A stretch of DNA of 64,000 nt from Octopus vulgaris (taxonomy: Eukaryota): the NCBI GenBank assembly GCA_951406725.2, contig OX597828.1, positions 39,184,001-39,248,000 on the forward strand, written 5' to 3'. A program made the position numbers and the translations under genes. Below are positions 12,102 to 25,322 of this stretch, in pieces (position 1 is the stretch's first letter; each line of letters opens with the position of its first letter). The notes below the pieces were generated by a model. The model saw only the letters and a program-made list of their open reading frames with translations, had not been told where the DNA came from and made no database searches.

Positions 12102-12299
12102 TTAACTTTGAGATTCTCTCTTCACAGTAGCAACAATAAGTTCCTGCAGTTCCAATGATTCTTTCAGCTGTTTGCTAAGCTGGTTGTGTAATTCAAGTAC
12201 TTCGTTATTCTCGAGTTCATAAGTGGATTTCGCTTCGTTCAATAATCGCTGTAGATTTTCGGCTTTCACAGTAGCTTTCTCTTTATCAGCATCTATTTT
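12102..12299 (-). CDS. Homer: Homer last coding exon: [24 protein letters not shown]...[16 protein letters not shown]
   Basis: Acceptor ttttcttttgcag; 198 nt ending in TAA; leucine-zipper-like heptads. Confidence 0.88.
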   Translation of the reverse strand, partial: KIDADKEKATVKAENLQRLLNEAKSTYELENNEVLELHNQLSKQLKESLELQELIVATVKRESQS

Positions 12300-12648
12300 C
12301 TGCAAAAGAAAAGAAATAGAAAGGTTTTTATGACACAACGATATAAAAATTTTGTCAATTTACAGGCGTGGCTGTGTGGTAAGAAGCTTGTTTCCCACAC
12401 ACATAGTTCTGGGTTCAGTCCCACTGTGTGGCAACATGGGCACGTGTCTTCTGTTATAGCCTCAGGCCGACAAAAACCTTGCAAGTGGATTTGGTAGATG
12501 GAAACTGAAAGACATTGTGTGTGTGTATATACACACACACACACACAAAGTATGGGGGTTTAGTTCACAAGTGATCTAAACAATTAAGTATGCTAGGGCT
12601 CCAAGGTTATAGCCAAGACAGTAGTTATGGAGCCATTGCAGATGCGGC

Positions 12649-12709
<61 letters not shown>

Positions 12710-15700
12710 TGTATCTAGGTGTGTGTGTCTTTGTGTTGGTGTGTTTACATCCCCATAACATAACGGTTTGGCAAAAGACCACCAGAATAAGTACTAGGCT
12801 TTAAAAATAAATTCTGGGATAGATTTGTTTTACTAAATCCCTTCAAGGTGGCGCTGCAGTATGGCCACAGTCAAATTACTGAAACAAGTAAAAGAATAAA
12901 AGAATTTCTTAATGTCTTTTAAAAAGCAGTGTGCTGGCAGAACAGTTAGCATGCCAGGCAAAAATGCATGGCAACATTTTGACCTTCTTTACATTTCGAG
13001 TTCAAATCCCACCAAGGTCAACTTTGCCTTTCATCTTTTTGGGGTGAATAGAATAAAAACCAGTTGAGCACTCATGACTTTCAAATTGGTGAAGCCCAGA
13101 ATAAACTATCTATTTTGGTTGTTAGTTGTCAGGACACTGCATCTTTCAAAAATTCCATGCTTTCCTGGAATTTGTTAACAATAGGTCTAATTAGCCAGTA
13201 CATCCTTTCTTCTTTTCTGGATCTTTTTCTGTTCAATTTTCTCTATTTTTTTTTTGTTTTATTCTGAGTACAAGGCATGTACTTTTTGTTTTCACTGTTG
13301 TCCTTCTTTACATGACTTATCATTGCTTTCTCTCTCTTTCTCCTCTCTTACTCTTTTCTAATGAGTTGTAACGCACCTTAACTCTGTACAGAATAAGCTT
13401 ATTGTCATATATTAGCATACTAATCATTAGCTTCCATTATTAAAGAGAAGGTCCTTGGTGGAAAAAGAACTAGACGTGGGTATCATTGTACTCAGTGGGT
13501 GGGGGGAGAGTTTTATCAACAACAGGAGAGAGAGAGAGAGAGAGTGTGTGTGTATATGTTTCTTAATTGCTTAATACCAGGAAAGATTGGCATTGTACTT
13601 AAAGAGAAGGGAGGCATTTCTGAAGTAGTTAGTATCATGTTAACAGGGATAAGCTTTGACTCAGCACAAAAACATTTTGCCAAATGGTGAAGAACAAAAA
13701 GGAAATAACCAAATAGTTTTGCCAACATCATCATAATATGAACAGTACTGATAAGTCATTGTCCGTTCACGTGCTTGACTGAACTCATTGTTTATCCCTA
13801 GTTTCTGTGGTGTTAAAAGTGCAGCAAGTAGCCATTTTTAAATAAGGCGCCAATTTGTGGTAGCTGGTAATATGACGTAATGTCATATTACTGAAGAAAT
13901 TTGATTGTCGTTTTTCCATTGGTTAATATAACTGCTCATATAGGAATTCTAAGAGTTACTTGAATATTTGTATGTAATTTCGATTCTTTAAAGTCAAGTT
14001 GAGCAGTTATAAAAACCCTGGATTTGGGGAAAAACTTCAGTGTTTGTTGGATGTAACTAAACTCCATGACACTCACTCCTTTGAGACATTGGTTATTTTT
14101 TATGCCATGTCCAAGGAAAATCCAACAAGTCTTGTTTGAATTGTTGAAATTTAATATTAGCTAGAATGAGAAATTAGATAGTTAAAATATATAGTCGTAA
14201 TTCTCTACGACGAAATTTACTTTTCTTTAAAACGTATCTATATATATAAAACTGTAGTTGTGTGAGTGTCTGTCCCCTTCGATTTAGATTCCTAACTACT
14301 CCCACATTTTGCGGTGCAGTTTAACCAAATTCGGGTATCTTATAGTCGTGATTCATATCGAGCCCGTCTGACTATTAGTGCGCGTCTACGATGAGTCTAC
14401 GATTTTAAAAATAATTTAACATCATTTTTTATTCCATTTTAATGCATAATTTTTCATGTGTCGATGACGGCGGAGTTGGCGTCCATGGTCACACCTGCAC
14501 CTGTTTGCTTCTCCCCCTTCTTCCCTCCCTCGTGAAGCTGTGGGGAAGGGAATGTAAGGAAATCAACGTTGTAAAGCGTTGTCAAGGAGACCAGCGTTCT
14601 TTTAGAACAACGACTTCATGGCTTGAAGACACTGAGTCAACGATTTAAAAAAAAAATTATCATCATTTTTTATTCCATTTTTAATGCATTTTCTTGCTAT
14701 AACTTTCTAAAAATGCTTATATAGTTATTTCCCTTACAAACCCGAGCAACGCCGGGCGATACTGCTAGTATAATATAAAAATGCTATATGCATATAATAA
14801 AAATTGATTAAGAAAAAAAAAAAATACGAACAGTACTGATAAGTCATTGTCCGTTCACATGTTTGACTGAACTCATTGTTTATCCCTAGTTTCTGTGGTG
14901 TTAAAAAGAACCAGAAGCAAAACCTCATTCTGGACAAAATTTCAGGCTTTCAGATGACTTTTGTCACAGTTTGCAGCAACTTGCTGTCCCTACTCCATGG
15001 GACTTATTTATAGACAGATTGGTTCATTTGAGAGTCAAGTCTCTTGGTCTGAGACTCAAACATAAAAGTTGATGAAGAACTTTTAGATTGTTGACCACAC
15101 AGCTGGTTGCCTGGTTAGCCTTAATCCTTTAGTTGTGCATACTTGCCTGCTTTATCAATACAAAAGAGGTCACAAGAATTTGTTTAGATTTGTATTTATT
15201 TATTAATCTTACCTGTATTTTAGCCTGGAGAATAGCATTTTCAGCTTCTGCATTTGATAATTCCTTAATACGTCGATGAAGAAGTTCAATTTCCTGTGAA
15301 ACAATGAAAAAGAAACCCATTAGACACATCATCAACATCATTAGTTCGCAACCTTTTTAATATCTGGGCCACATCCAAAACCTGGATCTTTTTAAAGGGC
15401 CACACCAAAAAAAAGTAAAACACAAATCAATTAAAGGAAAATTTATATTTATAGAGAGAAGACTGTCGGGGGCAGCCATAAGGAAGCTTGAGGGCTACAT
15501 GCAGCCCTGGGAGCTGTAGTCGATAACTACTAATCAACATTATCATCACCATTTTTGCATCCACTTTTCCCATGCTGGTAAAGGTTGGACAAGACTTTTT
15601 GGGGTAATACATTGTGGCTAGATACCCTTCTTGTCATCATCCCTTTACTTGTTTTTCAAGTAAAGTCTTTCATTTCACATCTTCATATGTCGATGTGTAA

Positions 15701-18700
15701 TTGGGAGACATGTACAAAGTCTCCTCTGACGTACTGTCCATGCAACGACATGCAGATATAAACACACACACACCCAGATATATGACAGGCTTCTTTAGTA
15801 AATCAAATTTCACTCACAAAGCATTGGTCAGCCTGAGGCTATAGAAGACACTTGCCCAAGGTGCTGCGCAGTGGAACTAAACCCCAAGCCATGACATTAT
15901 GAAGTGAATTTCCTAACCACACAGCTATGCCTATTAGACTAAACATCTAGACTATTTGACTGACCAGGAATAAACTGAATCAAATTCAACAGTAAACAGG
16001 TTTTCAAAGCTAGTTCTAAAATCAAAGAAAACTAGTTAGTTAGTTAGTTAATTTGGCTCAAAAGCAAATAGCAAGGCCATGTAGGGGGACATGGAGTTAA
16101 GTACAGTGATGATGAGTAAAGGCAAACATTAACCCTTTCATTACCAAACCGGCTGAAACCGCCCCTTATGTTTTCATAAGTTTTGAATTAAAATCTCCCA
16201 CCAAACCTTAGTCACAATTTATGTTCCTAACACTAGCTTAATTATAACTAAGTTATTTTACTAAATTCTTTGTTATATTTAAAGTAATTGAAAGAAACAC
16301 AGAGCATCTCAAAATAAATACAGTAACAAAAGAGTTAATTAAAACCACATTCTATATCACAACTAACAACTGGCTGTCCACCAGACTCCCCTTTGTGGTA
16401 TTCCACATCCACTAAACTCGCTTTGTCCTCTCTTTTAATACTTCCATTACTACTTTAACAGCTTCTACTCTACTAAATATACTGACCACTGTATTTACTG
16501 AATATACTGACCACTCTCAGCTAAACCAATTTCATGTGCTGCATCCCGTCCTCCACTGCTCTTTACACCCCAACTGCGTCTTACATTCCTCAGAACTCCA
16601 TACTAAATAATTCTCTCAATTGTTCTTCACAAAAACTGCTTCCTACAGGAAGTCAACTCTTTTTTTAAAATTTTTTTTTTATACATTCTCCCATCCAAAT
16701 TATTAGCATGCATGTCAATTCTTGTTAAATGTTAGCCATATTAAACCTATTCCATTGTACCCTGAATCATGGAGAATCCCGAAAAATACATTGAACTCTT
16801 TGAAGTAAGAAACTAAGAAATATGATTAACAATTCCTGACGATTCTTTTGCTTGTTTCACTCATTGGACTACGGCCTTGCTGGGGCATCACCTTCAAAAG
16901 TTTAGTCAAACAGACCCAGTATTTATTTTTGAGTTTGGAAACTATTCTATGTCTTGTGATGTTGGTGGAGCAAACACAACTACACACACACACACACAAA
17001 CACACACATACAATATAAAATGTAGCCATTTTACCTGCATCTTGTTTGAGGAATCTAATTGCACCTGGTTTAAACGAGAAGTTACTTGTGACAGTTCTGC
17101 TTTTACTAAATTATTACTTTGTTCTGATGACATTGGTAAAGATTCTAATTCTTGAACCTTTCAAAGAAAATAAAATTTGAAAAAAGAAAAAAACAAAAAA
17201 AAACTAATAAGATGAATGAAGAAAAAAAGAAAGAAAGATATAAATGTTAAGACAATTTAAATGTTTTGAAAGAATATTTTTTGAGCCATAGATATAAATA
17301 AGATTAATTCCAACCAACCATGATAGCAAATAAATATACAATATTGCCAAGAAAACAATAATTCCTTCAGATTTGGGCACAATGCCAGGAATTTTTTTAT
17401 GGGGAAGGGGTTAGCTGAGTACATTGACCCCTGTGTTCAAATGGCATTTATTTCATGGATGAAAGGTAAAGTCAACTTTGATAGTATTTGAACTCAAAAA
17501 ACTGGAAGAAATACTGCCAAACATTTTGTCTGGTACTATAATGATTCTGCCAGTTTTCTGCCTTCTAATCCTTTCTAATATAGACACAAGGCCGGAACTG
17601 TTGGGAGAGGGGCCCAATCGATTGCATTGGTTTCTGTGCTTAACTGGTTCTTGTTTTAGCAACACTGAAAAGATGAAAGGCAAAGCTGACCTCAGCAGAG
17701 TTTGATATCAGAACATAATGAATTGGACAAAATGCCACTAAGCGTTTGGTTGGAAATGCGAACATGCTGCTAGCTTACCATTTTAATTATAATAATTCTT
17801 TCTAATCTTGGTACAAGGCCACCAGCCCTAGGACTTGACTGGACCTTTATTTTATCAAACCTGAAAGGTTGAAAGGCAAAGCTGACCTCAATCACAATGA
17901 CCACAGTTCTCAGTGCTTTCCCAAATGTGCTAATGATTCTACTAGTTTGCAGCAAGAAGAATAATTTTCTAATGTAGACACAAGACTAGCAATTTTGAAA
18001 TGATGATGTAGTTCTAAATATACATCATCATCATCATCGTTTAGCGTCTGCTTTCCATGCTAGCATGGGTTGGACAATTTGACTGAGGACTGGCGAACCA
18101 GATGGCTGCACCAGGCTCCAATCTGATCTGGCAGAGTTTCTATAGCTGGATGCCCAAAAACTATAATACTATTTATACTAAAAACTATATGTCTAGACAA
18201 GGACAAACAAACAAACAAACACACACACAACACACACATGATGGTCTTCTTTCAGTTTCTGACACTCAAAATCCATTTACAAGGCTTTGGTTGGTCCAGG
18301 GCCATAGTAGAAGATACTTGCCCAAGGTGCACCACAGTGGGACTGAACCATTGGAAAGCAGGCCTCTTAACCACACAGCCATTAGGTGGGTTATCTTGTA
18401 ATGGTTCATTTGAGATAATTAGATAGAGTTAATTAGTCTGGAAGATACTTTGAATCATCATCATCATCGTTTAGCGTCCGTTTTCCATGCTAGCATGGGT
18501 TGGACGGTTCTACTGGGGTCTGTGAAGCCAGAAGGCTTCATCAGGCCCAGTCAAATCTGGCAGTGTTTCTACAGCCAGATGCCCTTCCTAACGCCAACCA
18601 CTCCGTGAGTGTAGTGGGTGCTTTTTACGTGCCACCCGCACAGGTGACAGACAGAGCTGGCAAACGGCCATGAACGGATGGTGCTTTTTATGTGCCACCG

Positions 18701-20055
18701 GCACGAGGGCCAGGCGAGGCTGGCAACGGACACGAATGGATGGTGCTTTTTACGTGCCACCGGCACGAGGCCAGTCGGGGCGGCGCTGGCAAAAAGCAAA
18801 TATTTTATTCGTACCCGTTTTTTGAGTCGGGCATTTTCCTCTTTGTAAGCTGCTAGTTGTTTTTTCCATTCTTCAACATTTGCTGTGCTCTCTTGAAGGG
18901 CTGTTGTCAATCTTTGGTTGTTGGCTTTCAATGTCTGCAGCTCAATTTCCCATTTTTTGGTGTTTGTTGAACTAAAATAAAGAAACAGTAAACACCTGAA
19001 ATACTAACCATTTTCCAAAACAGACAAAATAAAACAAGATGAGACAGACAGACAGACAAAATAAGATGGACAGCAGAGAGACAACGAGTGTAAATACCAA
19101 ACAGCTCTGCAAATTTTCTTCATTTTTATATATTCTACAAGTAAAAAGTTTCAGCTAATGTGTGTAGTGGGAATGTTCAGCAATCAGGTCACTATATTTG
19201 ATGTGGCGATTCACCAGAATATTACCCACCATCATCATCATTATCGTTCAACGTCCACTTTCCATGCTAGCATGGGTTGGACGATTTGACTGAGGTCTGG
19301 CGAACCATATGGCTGCACCAGGCTCAATCTGATCTGGCAGAGTGTCTACAGCCGGATGCCCTTCCTAATGCCAACCACTCCAAGAGTGTAGTGCCACCGG
19401 CACAAGGGCCAGTCAGGCGGTACTGGCAATGGCCACGCTCAAATGGTGCTTTTTATGTGCCACCTGCATAGGAGCCAGTCCAGCGGCACTGGCAACGACC
19501 TTGCTCAAATGTTTTTTCATGTGCCACCAGCACAAGTGCAAGGCTACGCAGGTAACGATCACACTCGAATGGTGCTTTTTATGTGACACCGGCATGGAAG
19601 CCAGGTTGTTGCTCTGGCAACAATCATGCTCATATGGTACTCTTAGCGCTCCACTAGCACAGATGCCAGTCATCGAATTTGATTTCGATTTCGATTTCAC
19701 TTGCTTCAACAGGTCTTCGCAAGCAGAGTTTAGTGTTCAATGAAGGAAAAGTATGCATAAGTGGGCTGGTTACACCCCTGGCATAGGCCACGGGTACAAC
19801 TTCAATTTTCCAAAACCCATTTCCGGTTACTGATTTTTCCAAACCAGGATTGGTTACACTTTGAATTAAACAAATATTAAGTTTACTTAAATAATTTAAT
19901 GAAATACAGAAATCTGTATCAATGATAGAGATTTATTAATACTATACTGTACAAGGTATCAGTAAGCTAATCTGGTGGCCACGGGAATTTGAAGTTCCTG
20001 CTTTTGAATTTGTGCAGATTATAAGAGGTTTTGGACCATCAGTATCCAGAAAGTT

Positions 20056-20087
<32 letters not shown>

Positions 20088-23000
20088 ATGCATGTATAGT
20101 GATGGTTTCAAATTTTGGTACAAGGCCAGCAACTTCAGGGGAAAGGTTAAGACAATTCCATTGGCCCCAGTGCATAACTGGTACTTAACTTAATGACGTC
20201 CAAAGGATGAAAGGCAAAGTCAACCCCAGCGAACTTTGAATTCAGAACATGACAGATGAAATGACACAAAACATTTTGACCGGTATGCTAACGACTCAGC
20301 CTCCTTGCCACCTTACATGCATGCATTATGATAACAACTTCCATACAAAACTTACCTTTGGGCTAATGCCAACTTTAACCTATCATTTTCATATTTCAAA
20401 TGGGCTTCGGTGACATTTCCAGGAAGACTTGTAGCAGAACTGGAGAGAGATCCTCGTCGCTGGTCTTGTAGATTACTTGTACTGATCTGGAATAAGAAGA
20501 AATGGTAAATGATCATTGAGATTTTTCTATTTGGCACTTATGGTTTAACTTAAATAATGAGATGTTATTTACAAAGAGATTCACTCGAGTCTTGTTTAAT
20601 ATCTGTAAATAAGTTCTTGCATAGGTCTCACATTTATAAGTGCATATGTGTGTGTTGTTGTTGTTGTTATTGTTGCTTAGCCACCATGTCATTGTATAAT
20701 CCTATAACCAAAGGCCTTCCATCTGCAGCTTTTGAGAAGTTGCAAACATAGAGATTAGATCTCCTATCTGAAGAATCATAGGTTCTCTCTCCCTGTTACT
20801 AGTCTCTGAGGTCTTGCATAAATAAAAGTCTTCGTTGGGGGTAGGAGCTGCCCTTCCTCCTCTTGCTAAGCTATACACCTCTCTGAGACACTGGAGCAAA
20901 GTATAATCCTCAGACCTGTTGGGTCTCATTGAACCATCCCAACCCATCCTAGCATGGGAAAGTGGATAAGAAATGATGAGGATTCAGAAGTGTGAAGATA
21001 ATTTTAATAGAATCCATCATTGAGAATATCTGAATTTGAAAATCCATATTTAACCTAGGTCTACAGGAAAACTTTAATAAGAATATATTTTTGGATATCT
21101 TCTTTCTAAAATTGTTGCTGTTGTCAATGTTGTTGCTAAGCATCAGTTAGTTGTGATTAGAGTGGTTCCATCCACAGCTATCCTGTTTTATTTTACTAAC
21201 AGTTTATCTAGAACTACATTATTCTTTGCATCCTTCCCTTTTATTTTTGGTATGGTAAGGTGTGATCTGAGAGAGAACTGGCTGCTATTTTTAAAATGTC
21301 AAGCAACAATGTAGAGATTTCCTCATCCAACACCTCACTGGGTTGTTTCATTCTAAAATTTGTTTCTTTTGATGTGTTTTAAAAAGAGAAGAAAAATGCT
21401 CCTTGGACATTATAAAACTTTGTAAGGAGGGCATCCAGCCACGGACACCAAGCCAAAACAGACAACTGGAGCCTGGTGCAGCTCTCCAGCTCTCCAGCAC
21501 CTGTCAAACCGTCCAACCCATGCCAGCATGGAAAACAGACATATGATGATGATGATGATTCTGTATATTTTATTTTTGTACTGAATACACCGTATCTTTA
21601 CATGTTGTAACATACAACTAAAAGGTTCGGTAATAGGAAGTGAATCCAAGCTTCAAACACAACCTCAGAAAACGCATCCAGCCCATGCCTGTATGGCAAA
21701 GTAAAGAAAATGATGATGATGATGATGGTGGTGGTGATGCAATGATAAGAAATGAGGAGGGAAGATTCTGGTTGTAAATCACCAACGAAATATAATAACT
21801 AATCATTTTATTACCTGTTAATTAGTTTATTGTGAGGGCAGTAAAAGTGATCTAATATTGACAGATTATCTTTCCTCTTTACGTCATACTACGTGCAGTT
21901 TCATTAACAAAAAAACATTAGTTGTCCACTTCATCTGCTAAATTACAAGGTATCTATTCCGAAAGTCAGATATGACAAACCTGAGCAAATTTTTATAACG
22001 ACAGTTAATTACTTAATTACTTTATGGCTGTGAGACTGAATTTACCTTCAGCTCATTACAATGTTAACGACCCTAACAACTTAAAATTGTAAAACACCCA
22101 ACAAGACACTGTAAATAATTATACAGGAGCACCAAATGCATGAAAAAAACAATAGCCAAGTTAGTATTAACATATTTCATTCTTGAAGCATTAAAAAGCT
22201 AACGAGAGACAAATATACAGAGAAAAACAATGAAAGAAATAATGTTTTTCACAGAAGACTGGAAATGCACAATCTTCCTTGTATATATTTTATATTTTAT
22301 CTAGTTTCAGCTCACGAGCTGTGGCCATGCTGGGGCACCGCCATTCTTCCCCCACCCCACAGGAAATTTTATTGTCATGGTGTATAACAAGACACACCAA
22401 AAGACATAGACAAACGTTGATAGGAATTAAAAGTCTTTCACAAAATGGTTGAGAGAACACAAAATTTTAAACCATGTTTAAATTTCAGTCTTTGAAGAAG
22501 AATGCACAGTTTGGTTTGATTGATGAAAGTCTGTTGTTTTTTGTTGTTGTTTTTCAAACAAATGTTCCAGAAAGATTTTACATGAAAACAGTGACATCAG
22601 ATCAACACGTTGAATGAAAATCGGAAGGAATGGTTGAACTAGACAAGATAGCGAACCTAGTCGGGATTTCATCTTTTGGGACATTGTTCTTCTGCTGACC
22701 AACATTGAAAATAATTTTGTTGTCAGATTAACCCATTTGCTTGAGAAGATCCTTTCTACTTCGATCTAGCCCCCATCTTTCGCCTTTTTCGCTTCAACCT
22801 CCACATATGCTTCTTTCTCCATTTGGCTTGCATTATCATATGGTAGTATACCGTCTGAAATACCAGGAGCAAATGCCAATGATCCACATTTAAAGAGCCC
22901 ACATCATGACTAGACAAGAGTACAAGCACATTCATGAGTATCTGTGTGTCCGTGTGTGTATGTATATATATATACTAGCAGTATCGCCCGGCGTTGCTCG

Positions 23001-24369
23001 GGTTTGTAAGGGAAATAACTATAAAGCATTTTTAGAGAGTTATAGCAAAAAAATAGCAAAAAAATGGAAAAAAATTATGGTAAATTTTTTTTGATAGTTA
23101 AAAAGGTCGAGTTGCGTCCCCTAGACCATCTGTGGTTTGTGTTTCTGATTGTCGACCCCATGTCGAATTTATCGATCTTTTTCAGAACTGGGGGAACTTT
23201 TCAAAATTTTCGCTGCGTTAGATTTGAATTATGACATTGGGCTATGTGTGTGTCAAGTTTCATCAGAATCGGTTGAAAGCCATGGTCAGGGTGAGGGTAC
23301 AACCTAACAGACACACAGACACACACACAGACAAACTGCCGTTTATATATAGAGAGATATATATATATATATATGAAAGAAGGTTTGAAAATGCAATTTT
23401 AAAGATGTTTATTCACTTGACCGGTTTCACTTTTTTAGAAAAATATTGTCAAAAGTAAAATGTAAAGCTTTGTACGAGCTTTGTTATGCTGAGTACTGGT
23501 TGTCACAAAAGTATTAAAATACATATATACATTCTTTAATAATAATAAGAAAATGTTTAAAACAGTTTACAAGGAAATATCTGAGAAAAAATATTAAACA
23601 AAAAGTATTAGGAGTTCAATAAAAATCATGTTTGTTTGGAAGTATCTATACACACACAAATATTTATTTATTTTCTCTCCTTGCTTCTTTTTGTAGAAGA
23701 GCGTAGGCTCGAAATGTTAAAGACTTTTTCACTTCCCGAGCATTATACTAATACATCTGTTTCTTGTCTACAACACCTGTCTTCGTCATTTGTTTTTTTT
23801 GTGAATTCTTCCCCTATATATATATCGTAGAACCTCAGTTTTTGAACAACTCTGATCACAAATAAATCACACTTTATCTACTGTCTTTCTCATATTCATT
23901 TAATACAGTAGTACCTCAGTTTACGAATGCCTATGACTGCGAGTAAATTGTGCTTTATATATATATATAAAGCACGATTTATTCGCGATCAGAGTTGTTC
24001 AAAAGCTGAGGTACTACTGTATATATACACACAGAGACACAGACACACACCCATTCGCCCAAGGTGCCACACAATGGGACTGAACCCAAGACAACATGGT
24101 CAGGAAGCCAGCTTTTTAACCATACAATTACACATATTTTTACCGACACATGCACACACACACGAGTGTGTATGTGTGTATACTCTGACAAAAGATGTTG
24201 ATAAGATATATTTGTCTTTGAAAACCAGTATCAAAGCTCAGTGTAATGATGGTGCAAAAATGTGGTTTCTTTGCTGTTATGTATTTATTCTTATATACAA
24301 TATATCTTGGTGATATACATTCAATATTAGTAACAGGTAGTAATAAAACCTTCTCTATCTCCTCCCTCA

Positions 24370-24412
<43 letters not shown>

Positions 24413-25043
24413 TACACACAAGTATACATAGAGCTCCTACTCAATCTCACAGTCTTTGCATCTCCCCCCCCACCAACACCACCACCACACACACCCAACC
24501 CCAGTCTCCCATGCAGAATGGAATTGATGAATAAGTGGAATGTGAAATTTATTGATATTCTTACTGTCCAGCAGTTCTGGTTAGGCACAGAAGTTGGCCA
24601 GCAAAATATCAGCTGCAGCAACAAGGGAGGGGGGAAAATAATAATAATAGAAAAAAGAAAAAAAGAAAAAGAAAAGCACTATACAACAATAACAATAAGA
24701 GCAGGTGGAAGAGGAGGAGGAGGAGGAGGACAAATTCCTTTGCACTCATCAGACTGAGTGAAATAAAGAAGGCACAAAGGCATAGTCCCAGAACTGCTGC
24801 TATAGCAACTGCACCAAGTCAAAACTGATTGTCTCTTTTGGAGAGAGAAAACATTTGGTGTACTTGATTAAAGGAAGTTCACTTGATCTGTGTGTGTGTG
24901 TGCAGGTACACATTTGGTTCTCTAATTATGAAATTATTCAACAACAGTGAAGAATTTGTACCATCAATTCCTCACCCCCATAAAAATATATATTCAATGC
25001 ATGTATTGAGTTTTCTTTATTCTATAGGTAGCCTTCCTTGTAG

Positions 25044-25078
<35 letters not shown>

Positions 25079-25231
25079 TCATACACACAGAAAGAGATAT
25101 ATTAGTAGAATACAAAATCTCTTACCCTCTAAAAATATAAAGAGAAATATAAATTCCTTTGATTCCTACAAATATTTTGGGGAAAATATAACAAAATCCC
25201 TGCCATCTTCTCCAGTTTGTATGGGTGTGTG

Positions 25232-25322
<91 letters not shown>

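Noticed and set aside
19370-19670. Repeat-spacer-like array resembling CRISPR
   Set aside because: Eukaryotic context, units are degenerate tandem repeats without unique spacers, no cas genes; part of the RTE 3' UTR.
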